From contig JBEKRC010000002.1 of NCBI GenBank assembly GCA_049997875.1, positions 2,755 through 66,754 of the forward strand: a DNA stretch of 64,000 bases, given 5' to 3'. The notes beneath the pieces are model-generated. The model saw only the letters and a list, made by a program, of their open reading frames with translations. It ran no database searches and was not told the DNA's origin. Made by a program: the position numbers and the translations under genes. The DNA comes from Minisyncoccia bacterium. Its GTDB lineage: Bacteria; Patescibacteriota; Minisyncoccia; UBA6257; 2-01-FULL-56-20. Each line of letters begins with the position of its first letter. The first letter of the stretch is position 1. Shown piece by piece: positions 1-9,582 of the stretch.

Positions 1-461
1 CGAGTTCCGGCATTTTGAATTCAGGGCCTTACCCGCCGGTTGTGAACCAAGCGACGCAATATACGATTCATTGGGTTATCGTGAATTACGCCACGGATGC
101 GCAAAACGTGACCGCGTTGGCCTATCTCCAGTCGGGGACTGCGTGCACGGGCGTGATCCAGAGCAACATGACGACGGCGCCATCTTGCAACGCGGCGACC
201 GGCCTTATTTCGTGGACTATCCCTGCGATTCCTGCGACGACCGGCATCGTGGGTCCGCCCGCCGAGGCGATTTTTCAGGTGGCGAACACGCCGGCGGTCA
301 ACCAGGTGAGAAGCGCGGTGACGTTGCTTGGCCCGACCACGCTCCAAGCGACGGATGCGTTCACGAGTTCAACGCTCACGGCCTCCGCGCCCGCAGTTAC
401 GACCGACCTGCCCAACGACAAAACCATCAGTCCGAGCCAGGATCGCCGCGTCACGCAATAA
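1..461 (+). CDS. 3' end of a Thr/Ala-rich putative secreted or surface protein; the 5' end lies outside the window
   Basis: Open frame runs from the window edge to a stop at 459-461. The translation is T/A/S-rich and low-complexity, typical of cell-surface proteins. No family was recognised. Confidence 0.3.
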   Translation, partial: SSGILNSGPYPPVVNQATQYTIHWVIVNYATDAQNVTALAYLQSGTACTGVIQSNMTTAPSCNAATGLISWTIPAIPATTGIVGPPAEAIFQVANTPAVNQVRSAVTLLGPTTLQATDAFTSSTLTASAPAVTTDLPNDKTISPSQDRRVTQ

Positions 462-475
462 CATCACGCGACAAC

Positions 476-1810
476 ATGCCCAAAAACGACCTCATGGAAA
501 AAATCGTCTCGCTCGCGAAGCGCCGCGGGTTCGTGTTCCCCGGCTCGGAGATTTACGGCGGGCTTCGGGGCACATGGGATTACGGACCCCTAGGCGCCCT
601 TTTGAAGAAGAACTTTAAAGACGAATGGTGGCGGGAAATGGTTCAGCTTCGGGACGACATGGTCGGCATTGATGCCGCTATTATGATGAATCCTCGCGCA
701 TGGGAAGCCTCCGGGCACGTTGAAGCGTTTGTTGATCCGCTCGTGGAATGCAAATTGTGTCACCAGCGCTTTCGAGCCGACAAGCCGGACGAATTGCGCG
801 AGCATGAAACTTCGCACAAAAAAGAAAAAATTGAATGGACGGCCCCTCAGAAATTCAACCTGCTCGTGAAGGCTTATTTGGGAGTGCTGGAAAGCAAGGA
901 ATCAGAGATCTACCTTCGCGGAGAAATAACCAACGGCGTCCAAGTGAATTTCAAGAACATCGTGAATTCCACCAGAGTCAAAATTCCTTTTGGGGTTGCT
1001 CAAATCGGCAAGGCGTTTCGCAACGAAATCACCCCGGGAAATTTCATTTTCCGTAGCCGGGAATTCGAGCAAATGGAAGTCCAGTTTTACATAAAGCCGG
1101 ACGAGAAGGAGGGGGAAAAGTGGTTTGAATATTGGAAGCAAAGTAGTATGAAATGGTTTGCGAAAATAGGGTTCAAAAAAACAAACCTCCGTTTCCGCGA
1201 TCATGAACCGGCCGAGCGGGCGCACTATGCCCGCTTGGCAACCGACATTGAATTCAACGCGCCGTGGGGCTGGGACGAGATGATGGGCATTCATCACCGC
1301 GGCGATTGGGATCTCAAGCGGCATCAGGAATACTCAGGGGTGGATATGTCATATACCGATCCCGACACCGGAGGAAAATACATTCCATGGGACATTGAAA
1401 CATCTTCGGGCGTTGATCGGCCGCTTCTTTTCCTCTTGCTTGACGCATATGCCGAAGAAGAAGATAGGGTAATCCTGAAATTGCATCCGCATCTCGCTCC
1501 GTATAAGGCCGCGGTTTTCCCGCTGCTTGCGAACAAGCCGCAGCTTGTGAAGGTTGCACGGAAGATATACGACGATCTTCGCAAGCAATGTATGGTGGCA
1601 TGGGACGACCGCGGTAATATCGGCAAGCGCTACTACGCGCAGGACGAGATCGGAACACCTTTCTGCATCACGGTTGATTTTGATACGTTGGGGGACGGCG
1701 AGGATAAAAAACTCAAAGATACCGTGACGGTGCGCGACCGCGACACGGCGAAGCAGGAGCGGATTGCAATTGATACGCTGGCCGATTTCATCGCGGAGAA
1801 GATTCAATAG
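476..1810 (+). CDS. glyQS: glycine--tRNA ligase (dimeric class II GlyRS)
   Basis: ATG at 476 gives MPKNDLMEKIVSLAKRRGFVFPGSEIYGGL..., matching the characteristic bacterial/archaeal-type GlyRS N-terminus. Length 444 aa. The upstream part of ORF 71..1810 is an in-frame artefact. Confidence 0.9.
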   Translation: MPKNDLMEKIVSLAKRRGFVFPGSEIYGGLRGTWDYGPLGALLKKNFKDEWWREMVQLRDDMVGIDAAIMMNPRAWEASGHVEAFVDPLVECKLCHQRFRADKPDELREHETSHKKEKIEWTAPQKFNLLVKAYLGVLESKESEIYLRGEITNGVQVNFKNIVNSTRVKIPFGVAQIGKAFRNEITPGNFIFRSREFEQMEVQFYIKPDEKEGEKWFEYWKQSSMKWFAKIGFKKTNLRFRDHEPAERAHYARLATDIEFNAPWGWDEMMGIHHRGDWDLKRHQEYSGVDMSYTDPDTGGKYIPWDIETSSGVDRPLLFLLLDAYAEEEDRVILKLHPHLAPYKAAVFPLLANKPQLVKVARKIYDDLRKQCMVAWDDRGNIGKRYYAQDEIGTPFCITVDFDTLGDGEDKKLKDTVTVRDRDTAKQERIAIDTLADFIAEKIQ

Positions 1811-1811
1811 T

Positions 1812-3113
1812 ATGGCCGAGAAGTTTGTGATCAAAGGAGGCAAGCCGCTCTTCGGCGAGATCAAACTCGCCGGCGCGAAGAACGCGGTTTCCAAGATGAT
1901 GGTTGCGTCGCTCCTCACGGACGAGCCATGCATTTTGGAGAACATGCCGCAGATAGGGGACGTGGATATTGTCGTTGAGCTTTTGAAAACGATTGGGAGC
2001 GAAATAGAGATCGTGGGCTCCACGGCGAAGATTGAAACACGCGAGATCAAGAGCAGCCGCGTTCTGGAACTCACGCGGCGGAACAGGATTCCCATCCTTG
2101 CGCTGGGGCCGCTCCTTGTGCGTGCGGGAGAAGCGGAAGTGCCGGTCGTGGGCGGTGACAAAATAGGCGCGCGGCCCGTGGACATCCATCTGGAAGCGCT
2201 CGCGAAATTCGGTGCGCAGCTCGTGATCACAAAGAGCAGTTATCATGCGTGGGCGAAGCACGGGCTCCACGGCGCGGAGATTGAACTTCGGTTCCCGAGC
2301 GTGGGCGCCACGGAAAATACCATCCTCGCGGCGGTGCTTGCAAAAGGAAAGACGGTTATCAAGAATGCGGCGCTGGAGCCGGAGATCGTGGACCTCATAA
2401 AAATGCTCCAGAAGATGGGAGCGATCGTTGAGCTTGCGCCGCCGCGCACGATCACGATTGAGGGCGTGAAGCGTTTGCACGGCGTGACGCACCGGATCAT
2501 ACCGGACAGGAACGAAGCGGTTTCGTTCGCATGCCTTGCGATCGCGACGAACGGAAGGATTCTTGTGAAAGAAGCGCGGCAGGATGAGCTCATCACTTTT
2601 TTGAACGTCGTGCGAAGGCTCGGCGCCCAATATGAAGTGGCGGATGGCGGCATTGCCTTTTGGCGGAAAAATTCATTGAAAGCGCTTTCGGTGCGGACCG
2701 ACGTGCATCCCGGATTTATGACTGATTGGCAACAGCCGCTCTGTGCACTCCTTACGCAGGCAAAGGGCATCTCAACGATCCACGAAACCATTTGGGAAGA
2801 TCGCTTTGCCTATGCGCACGACCTGAACGAAATGGGGGCGAAGATCGTCGTGGGCGCGGAGTGCCCGCAAGGAGAGGAGTGTCGCTTGGCCGGAAAGGGA
2901 TTTTTCCATTACGCGACCGTAGAGGGGCCAACACCGCTTCGGAGCGCGAACCTCACCGTGCACGATTTGCGCTCCGGGATGCTTGACGTCCTCGCTGCGC
3001 TCATCGCCGAGGGCGTTTCCGAGGTGGAAGGCATCCACGAGATAGATCGCGGTTACGAGCATATTGATGGCCGCCTGCGCCAGCTCGGGGCGGACATAAG
3101 GCGCTTGACTTAA
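1812..3113 (+). CDS. murA: UDP-N-acetylglucosamine 1-carboxyvinyltransferase
   Basis: ATG at 1812 gives MAEKFVIKGGKPLFGEIKLAGAKNA..., the EPSP-synthase/MurA fold signature. Length 433 aa. The start is 1 nt after the glyQS stop. Confidence 0.9.
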   Translation: MAEKFVIKGGKPLFGEIKLAGAKNAVSKMMVASLLTDEPCILENMPQIGDVDIVVELLKTIGSEIEIVGSTAKIETREIKSSRVLELTRRNRIPILALGPLLVRAGEAEVPVVGGDKIGARPVDIHLEALAKFGAQLVITKSSYHAWAKHGLHGAEIELRFPSVGATENTILAAVLAKGKTVIKNAALEPEIVDLIKMLQKMGAIVELAPPRTITIEGVKRLHGVTHRIIPDRNEAVSFACLAIATNGRILVKEARQDELITFLNVVRRLGAQYEVADGGIAFWRKNSLKALSVRTDVHPGFMTDWQQPLCALLTQAKGISTIHETIWEDRFAYAHDLNEMGAKIVVGAECPQGEECRLAGKGFFHYATVEGPTPLRSANLTVHDLRSGMLDVLAALIAEGVSEVEGIHEIDRGYEHIDGRLRQLGADIRRLT

Positions 3114-3176
3114 TATCGTAAGTAGGGTATTCTATGGGTGGAAGCAGTAAAATTCATCGCCGATAGGCGGGAGGTA

Positions 3177-3752
3177 ATGTCAATGGGCCGTAAACGGAAG
3201 TCGCTGTTGCTTTTCCTGGTTTCAGTGTTGATTCTTTTGTTGGCCGGTTTCTGGTTGGTGCACCGAATGCGGGCTGAGTCGGTTCGCATTGAAGCTGCAG
3301 CGAAGAAACTTGCGGCGGAACTTACAGAGGAAGAGCGAATCTCCGCCGAAAACAAGGGCTTGGCAAAGAGAATTTTAGACCTCCACAGTGAACATCTTTG
3401 GGGCGAGGACTTTCTCCGAATCTGCCGTAAGAACTCCGGCCTCCCAGCGTTCGAAAAGTTAAAGAAGAAGGTTGAAGAAGGGAGACAACAGGAGTTGGCA
3501 GTGCGGAAGGAGTATGACCAAAACGTTCTAAGGCTCCAAAAACTGGGAGAGACGAATTTAAAGTTTTCCGAGGAACTGGTTCCCGAAGAACCATTCAACT
3601 TCAATCGGGAGCCAAATTTCAACTTCCATCCTCAGATTCCGTCCCCACCTCCGCGCCGACCCGCCGATGCTTTGCCAAGGACCGATCCCTCCCGGGTCGG
3701 TCCTTTTCCTTTTGCTTTACTTTTTGGGTCTCTTCGCGTTAAATTGGTAGGT
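3177..3752 (+). CDS. Membrane-anchored coiled-coil region in frame with and upstream of mreB; either an N-terminal extension or a separate gene lacking a stop
   Basis: GGGAGG Shine-Dalgarno then ATG at 3177. MSMGRKRKSLLLFLVSVLILLLAGFWLV is a TM helix, followed by a charged coiled-coil and a Pro-rich linker. No stop codon occurs before the mreB ATG at 3753. Confidence 0.35.
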
Positions 3753-4760
3753 ATGTTCCGCAAGAAAATCGGCATTGATTTGGGGACGGCGAATACCGTC
3801 GTTTTTGTACCTGGGAAAGGCTTTATTATCAACGAGCCGACGATCGTTGCCTTGACGAAGCCGGACAATTCGGTGCTCGCGGTGGGCAGTGAGGCGAAAG
3901 AAATGATCGGTCGGACGCCAGATGAGATCGTGGCCTACCGACCACTTAAGGATGGCGTGATCGCCGATTATTACATTACGAAGGCGATGCTCACGTATTT
4001 CATTTCAAAAGCCGTGGGCTGGTTCAATCTGGTAAAGCCGGATGTGGTGATTTCCGTGCCTGCGGGCATCACGCAGACCGAGCGGCGCGCGGTGATGAAC
4101 GCGGCGCGCGAAGCGGGTGCGGGGAATGCGTTCATCGTGCGCGAACCGATCCTTGCGGCGTTGGGCGCCGGCATCCCCATCAATGCGCGTTCGGGGAACA
4201 TGATCATCAACGTCGGCGGCGGGACGTCGGAACAAGCGGTGATTGCATTGGGGAGCATCGTGTCATGGAACAGTTTGCGCATCGCAGGGAACAAATTTGA
4301 CCAGGCGATCATGGATTACGTGAAAAAGAAATACGGCCTCGCGATCGGCGAACAAACTGCCGAGAACGTGAAGATTGAGATCGGTTCCGCAATGCCGACG
4401 AAGGAAAAAATGGAATATCAGATCCGCGGGCGGGACCTCGTGACCGGACTTCCGAAGGACATTACGATCAATTCAAACGAGATAGCGGAGGCGCTGAATC
4501 CCTTCCTCATTGAGATCGCGAGCGCCATCCAAAACGTCTTCAACGTGACGCCGCCGGAGCTTGTAGCGGACATTATGGAAAAGGGCATTATTCTTTCGGG
4601 CGGCTCGGTGCAGCTTCACCACATGCCCGAGTTTTTTGAGCGTTTCTTGGGCGTGCAGGCCTACGTGGCCGAGGATCCGCTCTTTTGCGTCGCGAAGGGC
4701 ACCGGCCTCATCCTGAACCACTTGGATACCTATAAGCGTACGCTGCTCAATAAGCGGTAA
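3753..4760 (+). CDS. mreB: rod shape-determining protein MreB (actin-like ATPase)
   Basis: MFRKKIGIDLGTANTVVFVPGKGFIINEPTIVAL... is the canonical MreB N-terminus and phosphate-1 motif. Length 335 aa from ATG 3753, preceded by GGTAGG. Confidence 0.85.
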   Translation: MFRKKIGIDLGTANTVVFVPGKGFIINEPTIVALTKPDNSVLAVGSEAKEMIGRTPDEIVAYRPLKDGVIADYYITKAMLTYFISKAVGWFNLVKPDVVISVPAGITQTERRAVMNAAREAGAGNAFIVREPILAALGAGIPINARSGNMIINVGGGTSEQAVIALGSIVSWNSLRIAGNKFDQAIMDYVKKKYGLAIGEQTAENVKIEIGSAMPTKEKMEYQIRGRDLVTGLPKDITINSNEIAEALNPFLIEIASAIQNVFNVTPPELVADIMEKGIILSGGSVQLHHMPEFFERFLGVQAYVAEDPLFCVAKGTGLILNHLDTYKRTLLNKR

Positions 4761-4765
4761 AAGCG

Positions 4766-5641
4766 ATGAGACGGGTGATCGGGCATGAAAAGATAATCGG
4801 AGATCTTACGCGGCTCGCTCAAAGTGGCGAGCTTTCGCACGGGTATATTTTCTACGGGCTTCCCATGGTCGGGAAGCGCACGGCGGCACTCGCTCTCGCG
4901 CATGGTTTGGAGAAAGGCACATTTGAAGCGCCTTTGGAAAGCGAAGTCCTGCAGGATACCAAGGTGATCGACATGGCATTTGCGAAGCAGCTGGATCCCA
5001 ACCTGAAGGATTCCATCAGTATTGATGCGGTCCGCGAGATCAAACATTTCCTTTGGCAAAAGCCGAATGTGAGCGCAAAGCGCACTCTTATCATTGATGA
5101 TGCGGAATTTTTGACGAATGACGCGCAGAACGCACTTTTGAAAATCACCGAGGAACCGCCGGCGTCCTCGCTTTTGGTTGTTATAACCTCTGATCTGGAA
5201 AGCATTATGCCGACCATCCTTTCGCGGCTGCAGAAGATTTACTTCGGCGCGGTGCCGGAAGCGGCGATTGCGGCATGGATAGAAAAAGAGCAGGGGGTTC
5301 CGAAGGCGAAGGCAGCGTCGCTCGCGAAGCGTGCCCTCGGCAAACCGGGGTTTGCGTGGCGGTTGCTCAACGACGAAGCGTTCCAAAAAAATCTTGCGTT
5401 GGCGGAAATATTTTTGAAAACCGCTCCCGCCGGACGGCGCGATTTCATCAAGAAGTTGCTCACACCCGAGGAGTTCAACTTACGGAAATTCCTGGATGCG
5501 GTTATAATAATTCTTGCGTGGGAGAAGCCGTCCAAAGCGAACGCTGCGCTTTGGCACAAGGCGCTCGCGCTGTATCAAAATATCACCAACTTCGGTTTGA
5601 ATCCGCGTTTGCAGTTGGAAAATCTTGTCGCCCAATCATGA
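4766..5641 (+). CDS. holB: DNA polymerase III delta-prime subunit
   Basis: AAA+ clamp-loader-like sequence. Degenerate Walker A (GLPMVGKRTAALALAH), LIIDDAEFL (DExx box) and TILSRLQKIYF (SRC-like motif). Confidence 0.75.
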   Translation: MRRVIGHEKIIGDLTRLAQSGELSHGYIFYGLPMVGKRTAALALAHGLEKGTFEAPLESEVLQDTKVIDMAFAKQLDPNLKDSISIDAVREIKHFLWQKPNVSAKRTLIIDDAEFLTNDAQNALLKITEEPPASSLLVVITSDLESIMPTILSRLQKIYFGAVPEAAIAAWIEKEQGVPKAKAASLAKRALGKPGFAWRLLNDEAFQKNLALAEIFLKTAPAGRRDFIKKLLTPEEFNLRKFLDAVIIILAWEKPSKANAALWHKALALYQNITNFGLNPRLQLENLVAQS

Positions 5642-6198
5642 CCACAGGAGAACAATTCATCAAAGATCTTGAGGCAGGGCTTTCGGCCGCCGTCCAAAAG
5701 TTGAGGCAGGACTTCGGGCAGATCCGCGGCAACCGGCCGTCGGTGGAACTTGTGCAGGACATCAAAGTAAATCTGTACGATCAAATGCTCTCCGTCCGCG
5801 AGCTCGGCTCGTTAAGCATTCTCCCTCCGCGCACCATTCAGATCACCGTATGGGACCAGAACGCCCTCGGTGCCGTGATGAAGGCGATTGAAAGCGCGCA
5901 CCTCGGACTCTCTACGACGAACAACGGCAATAACATTTTGGCGACGCTTTCGCCCCTTGGCGACGAGCGGCGCGAGGAGCTCACGAAACTCGTGAAAAAG
6001 ACCGCGGAGACGGCGAGAATCCAAATCCGCGCGAGGCGCGACGAAACAATGAAGCGCCTGAGGGACGCGGAGAACGAAAAGGAAATCACCGAAGACGAAG
6101 CGTTCAAATCAAAAGAAAGGGCCCAGAAAGTAGTGGACAAAGCGAACGGGGAGGTGGAGACGCTCGTGAACGGCAAGTTAACCGAACTCGGCGGGTAG
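5638..6198 (+). CDS. frr: ribosome recycling factor
   Basis: ATG at 5638 overlaps the holB TGA. MTTGEQFIKDLEAGLSAAVQKLRQDFGQIRGNRPSVELVQDIKV... is the RRF signature. Length 186 aa. The longer ORF 5275..6198 is an upstream artefact. Confidence 0.9.
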   Translation: MTTGEQFIKDLEAGLSAAVQKLRQDFGQIRGNRPSVELVQDIKVNLYDQMLSVRELGSLSILPPRTIQITVWDQNALGAVMKAIESAHLGLSTTNNGNNILATLSPLGDERREELTKLVKKTAETARIQIRARRDETMKRLRDAENEKEITEDEAFKSKERAQKVVDKANGEVETLVNGKLTELGG

Positions 6199-6236
6199 CT
6201 GCGAGTGGCACAGATTAATTTTTTATTAAAAACTCT

Positions 6237-6264
6237 TTGACTTTTCCCGCTGCGCAGTTACAGT
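6237..6264 (+). promoter_or_regulatory. Candidate sigma70-type promoter for the hicB-like gene
   Basis: TTGACT at 6237-6242, 16-nt spacer, TACAGT at 6259-6264, about 7 nt before the ATG at 6271. Confidence 0.3.
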
Positions 6265-6270
6265 GGGGGA

Positions 6271-6564
6271 ATGAGCCAGCAAATTGATTTTCCTCTTGCG
6301 GTATTTTACGATAGCGATATGAGTGGCGTGCGAAAGGAGTATCGCGGCAAGCAACTTCCCGTTATCATTGGAAAAGATGAGGATGGGTTTTATGTGGTGG
6401 AATGCCCGCTATTTGAGGGCTGTTACAGCCAGGGAAGGACCACGGACGAAGCATTAAAAAATATTCGCGAAGCGATCCTTTTGCTGCTTCGGGAAAAAAA
6501 GAACCGCGACATAGTTTTTGCATACCATCCCAAAGAGGTCGGCTTATGCACCATTGTTTTATGA
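6271..6564 (+). CDS. HicB-like antitoxin (UPF0150 fold)
   Basis: DEDGFYVVECPLFEGCYSQGRTTDEALKNIREAI matches the HicB N-terminal domain pattern. It sits immediately upstream of a HicA-like ORF. Confidence 0.6.
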   Translation: MSQQIDFPLAVFYDSDMSGVRKEYRGKQLPVIIGKDEDGFYVVECPLFEGCYSQGRTTDEALKNIREAILLLLREKKNRDIVFAYHPKEVGLCTIVL

Positions 6565-6567
6565 TTC

Positions 6568-6786
6568 GTGTCCAAGCTGCCGCCTCTCTCGGGAGATGCT
6601 ATCGTTAAAGCACTGAAGAAAACTGGCTATGTCCCAGTGCGGCTGCGCGGAAGTCACCTGCGCCTTGTTTGCTCGGGGAAACGATCCATTACCGTTCCAC
6701 GGCATCCTGTGGTAGGGCGCGGCCTTTTGAGAAAGATTTTGCGCGACGCGGAATTGTCTCCCGCGGAATTTATTGCGCTACTTTAA
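6568..6786 (+). CDS. HicA-like toxin (YcfA family mRNA interferase)
   Basis: Length 72 aa. LRGSHLRL...ITVPRHP..GRGLLRKILRDAEL fits the HicA GSH motif and C-terminal pattern. Confidence 0.65.
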   Translation: MSKLPPLSGDAIVKALKKTGYVPVRLRGSHLRLVCSGKRSITVPRHPVVGRGLLRKILRDAELSPAEFIALL

Positions 6787-6872
6787 AATATTACTTTCAA
6801 TTACATTCGTGGTAGTGTGAACGGGGTGCTCACCGAAGACCAATGTCCTGGTTTGCCTAAAGAACAAAACAA

Positions 6873-7580
6873 ATGTCAGACACTCTTCATAAAGAACTCC
6901 TTCTTGCACTTAAGAAACACGCCGGTCATGGAACTAAGCATTCTGGAAACGTTGCGTACACCGGGAGTTCACACTTTTCATATCACATCTCGAATCCTAT
7001 CCGAAGGGGAATCGCAAGGAACTTCCTCGCCCATCACAAAAACGTTTCCAAGAAAGGAGTTGTCGCATTGCTCAACCGGCTTTATCGCGGTAAATCGCAC
7101 GAAGAAAAGTCAATCGCCGGTATGTTTCTCGGATATTCAAAGGAGCATAGGAAGCAGATTCAGCCGCGATTGCTCGACGAGTGGCTCGATCATTTGGAAG
7201 GATGGGCAGAGGTGGATTCTTTATCCCAGTCAAATTTTGGTGCCGATGAAATGCTGTCGGGCTGGGAAGCGTGGAAGCGGACATTGACCCGATTTTCAAA
7301 AGGCAAAAATATCAACAAACAAAGAGCGTCGTTGGTTCTCCTGACCAAACCAGTGCGTGAATCCCGCGACCGGCGACTTTCAACGCTGGCGTTTAAGAAC
7401 ATCGGGAGACTTCAGCAAGAAAAGGATATCATGATTACTAAGGCCATCTCTTGGTTGTTGAGAAGTCTTATTGAGAATCATAAGAGAGAGGTCATGAACT
7501 ATATTCAAGAAAACAACAGTTTGCTGCCCAAGATCGCTGTCCGCGAAACAAAAAGAAAGTTGATTATGGGGAGAAAATGA
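6873..7580 (+). CDS. DNA alkylation repair enzyme, AlkD/AlkC-like HEAT-repeat glycosylase family
   Basis: Length 235 aa and helical-repeat sequence resemble the DNA alkylation repair enzyme family. Assignment is by overall pattern only. Confidence 0.45.
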   Translation: MSDTLHKELLLALKKHAGHGTKHSGNVAYTGSSHFSYHISNPIRRGIARNFLAHHKNVSKKGVVALLNRLYRGKSHEEKSIAGMFLGYSKEHRKQIQPRLLDEWLDHLEGWAEVDSLSQSNFGADEMLSGWEAWKRTLTRFSKGKNINKQRASLVLLTKPVRESRDRRLSTLAFKNIGRLQQEKDIMITKAISWLLRSLIENHKREVMNYIQENNSLLPKIAVRETKRKLIMGRK

Positions 7581-7715
7581 TTCGCTCCGACATGCGGAGG
7601 ATGCGAGAACCCGTTTCCAGCGATTTACGGAGAACGAAAGGTGAACAGAGCCCCCAGTGGGCAAAAGATAGGTTTAATATTGCGCTAACAGGGCCATTTC
7701 GTTTATATTAATCAT

Positions 7716-8765
7716 ATGCTCATCATTATACTCGTCATCATCGGCCTTTCGCTTCTCATCCTCGGCCACGAAGCCGGCCATTTTTTTGCGGCGAAGGCAT
7801 TCGGCCTGCAGGTGGACGAATTCGGATTTGGTTTTCCGCCGCGGCTCACCTCATGGAAGAAAGGGGAAACGGAATACAGCCTGAACTGGCTGCCGTTCGG
7901 GGGGTTTGTGAAGATTGCGGGCGAGCGCGGCGAATTTGAGATGCTGGAACCAAGCGGCGCTTACGAGGATGCCCCGGATGCGTCACGCTTCCTTTATGCG
8001 CAGCCCATGTGGAAAAAGAGCATCATTGTGCTCGCGGGGGTTTTCGTGAATTTTCTTCTCGGATGGCTTTTCCTTTCGCTCACTCTCATGATTGGGGCGC
8101 CGCAGGCGCTCGTCGTCGGCGGGGTGCAGCCGGATTCGCCCGCGGCGCAGGCGGGCATCATGGCGGGGGACGTGGTGAAAAATTTTACGAGCGCGCAGAG
8201 TTTTATTGATTTCGTCAACATGCACAGGGGAGAAACGACCACGATTGCCGTATTGCGCGGCAACAAAGAAATTGATTTCAGCGTCGTGCCGCGTGTGCAG
8301 ACGGCGCCGGGCCAGGGCGCGGTGGGCGTGGCGCTTGCGGAAGCCGGCACGCCGCGGGAGGGATTTTTTTCCGCGTTCAAGGATGGCCTTGTGGATGCCG
8401 GGATCATTGCGTGGCTCACGCTCCAGGCGTTTTACCAGTTGTTCGTACAGCTTCTTTTCCATGCCTCGCTCTTGCCGGGCGTTGTCGGACCGGTGGGTAT
8501 TTTTGGGCTCGCGGAGGAAACAGGGAAGATCGGCCTTGTGTATTTGCTCCAGCTCTTTGGGGTAATTTCGCTTAATTTGACCGTTGTGAATCTCATCCCG
8601 TTCCCGGCACTTGACGGCGGCAGGTTCCTCATGGCAATTCTTGAGAAAATAAAGGGCTCGGCGATTTCATACCGCACGGAAGCATGGGTGAACAGCCTCG
8701 GCTTCGCCCTGCTCATCGTGCTGATGATCCTTCTTACCATTCGCGACGTCGGCGGTTTGATATAA
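7716..8765 (+). CDS. rseP: RIP metalloprotease RseP (site-2 protease, PDZ-containing)
   Basis: TM N-terminus with HEAGH zinc motif (LILGHEAGHFFAAKAFG), a central PDZ-like region, and a C-terminal LDGG motif (FPALDGGRFLMAILE). Confidence 0.85.
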   Translation: MLIIILVIIGLSLLILGHEAGHFFAAKAFGLQVDEFGFGFPPRLTSWKKGETEYSLNWLPFGGFVKIAGERGEFEMLEPSGAYEDAPDASRFLYAQPMWKKSIIVLAGVFVNFLLGWLFLSLTLMIGAPQALVVGGVQPDSPAAQAGIMAGDVVKNFTSAQSFIDFVNMHRGETTTIAVLRGNKEIDFSVVPRVQTAPGQGAVGVALAEAGTPREGFFSAFKDGLVDAGIIAWLTLQAFYQLFVQLLFHASLLPGVVGPVGIFGLAEETGKIGLVYLLQLFGVISLNLTVVNLIPFPALDGGRFLMAILEKIKGSAISYRTEAWVNSLGFALLIVLMILLTIRDVGGLI

Positions 8766-8767
8766 TC

Positions 8768-9169
8768 GTGGATATAAAAAGGAAATTAACCCCGGAGCAG
8801 TATCGCGTGATGCGCAAGGGCGGCACGGAGGTGCCGTTTAGCGGCAAGTATGTGCACGAACACGCGAAAGGGATGTACAAGTGCGCAGCGTGCGGCGCGG
8901 AGCTTTTTTCTTCCGATATGAAGTTTGACTCCGGCACCGGCTGGCCGAGCTTCACTGAGCCGGCAAATTTGGAGCATATTGAACTGCGTCCCGACACGAG
9001 TCACGGCATGCACCGCACGGAAGTGATTTGCAGGAATTGCGGCGCGCACCTGGGGCACGTTTTTGACGACGGGCCCAAAGAGAGAGGCGGCAAGCGGTAT
9101 TGCATCAATTCAGTGTGCCTGGAATTGGAGAAGGAGAAAGACGATGATCCTCGCGGGGAACGAGATTAA
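8768..9169 (+). CDS. msrB: peptide-methionine (R)-S-oxide reductase
   Basis: GTG start 3 nt after the rseP stop. LTPEQYRVMRKGGTEVPFSGKY...CAACGAELF...GWPSF...RTEVICRNCGAHLGHVFDDGP shows the SelR/MsrB motifs and two CxxC pairs. Confidence 0.85.
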   Translation: MDIKRKLTPEQYRVMRKGGTEVPFSGKYVHEHAKGMYKCAACGAELFSSDMKFDSGTGWPSFTEPANLEHIELRPDTSHGMHRTEVICRNCGAHLGHVFDDGPKERGGKRYCINSVCLELEKEKDDDPRGERD

Positions 9170-9201
9170 AAAATCATTAAAGACTTCTTGATCTTTTTGG
9201 C

Positions 9202-9582
9202 TTGAGAGTTACGATGAAAGCCATTATGGAAAAAATTCCTGATGGCATGTTGAATTCGGAAGCCGAGCGATATTTCAGTACTCTTCTGGAACAGTTAAAT
9301 GGGAAATTTGATCATCTTCTTGAGATCGTGTTTTCTTTGGATAGCGTTGTGGGCGGACTCAAAATTCGCATAGAGCGATTAGAGGAACGGGTAACGATGC
9401 TTGAAACGAATGCAGCTTGGTCGGAAATGCAGCGGAAAGAGACAGAGAGAGAGCTGAATAAAATAAAAGGGATGGTGCAATTTTGCGTCCGCCGAGCTGA
9501 CTTTTCCGCATTGCAGCAAAGGGTAGCAGATATTGATCAGAGATTTCTAAAATTCAATAACAGTGGAATAATGAAAGAGTGA
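9202..9582 (+). CDS. hypothetical coiled-coil protein
   Basis: 126 aa with heptad-like charged sequence. No family recognised. Confidence 0.35.
   Translation: MRVTMKAIMEKIPDGMLNSEAERYFSTLLEQLNGKFDHLLEIVFSLDSVVGGLKIRIERLEERVTMLETNAAWSEMQRKETERELNKIKGMVQFCVRRADFSALQQRVADIDQRFLKFNNSGIMKE

Noticed and set aside
71-475. Upstream in-frame extension of glyQS (ORF called from 71)
   Set aside because: The glycyl-tRNA synthetase N-terminus starts at ATG 476. The extension is low-complexity and overlaps the 3' end of the preceding surface-protein ORF.
1349-2230. 293-aa minus-strand ORF antisense to glyQS/murA
   Set aside because: It lies entirely within well-supported conserved genes on the other strand. 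This is a typical high-GC shadow ORF.
5275-6198. 307-aa ORF extending the frr frame upstream into holB
   Set aside because: The canonical RRF N-terminus begins at ATG 5638, which overlaps the holB stop. The upstream 120 aa are Arg/Gly-rich translation of the holB coding strand in another frame.
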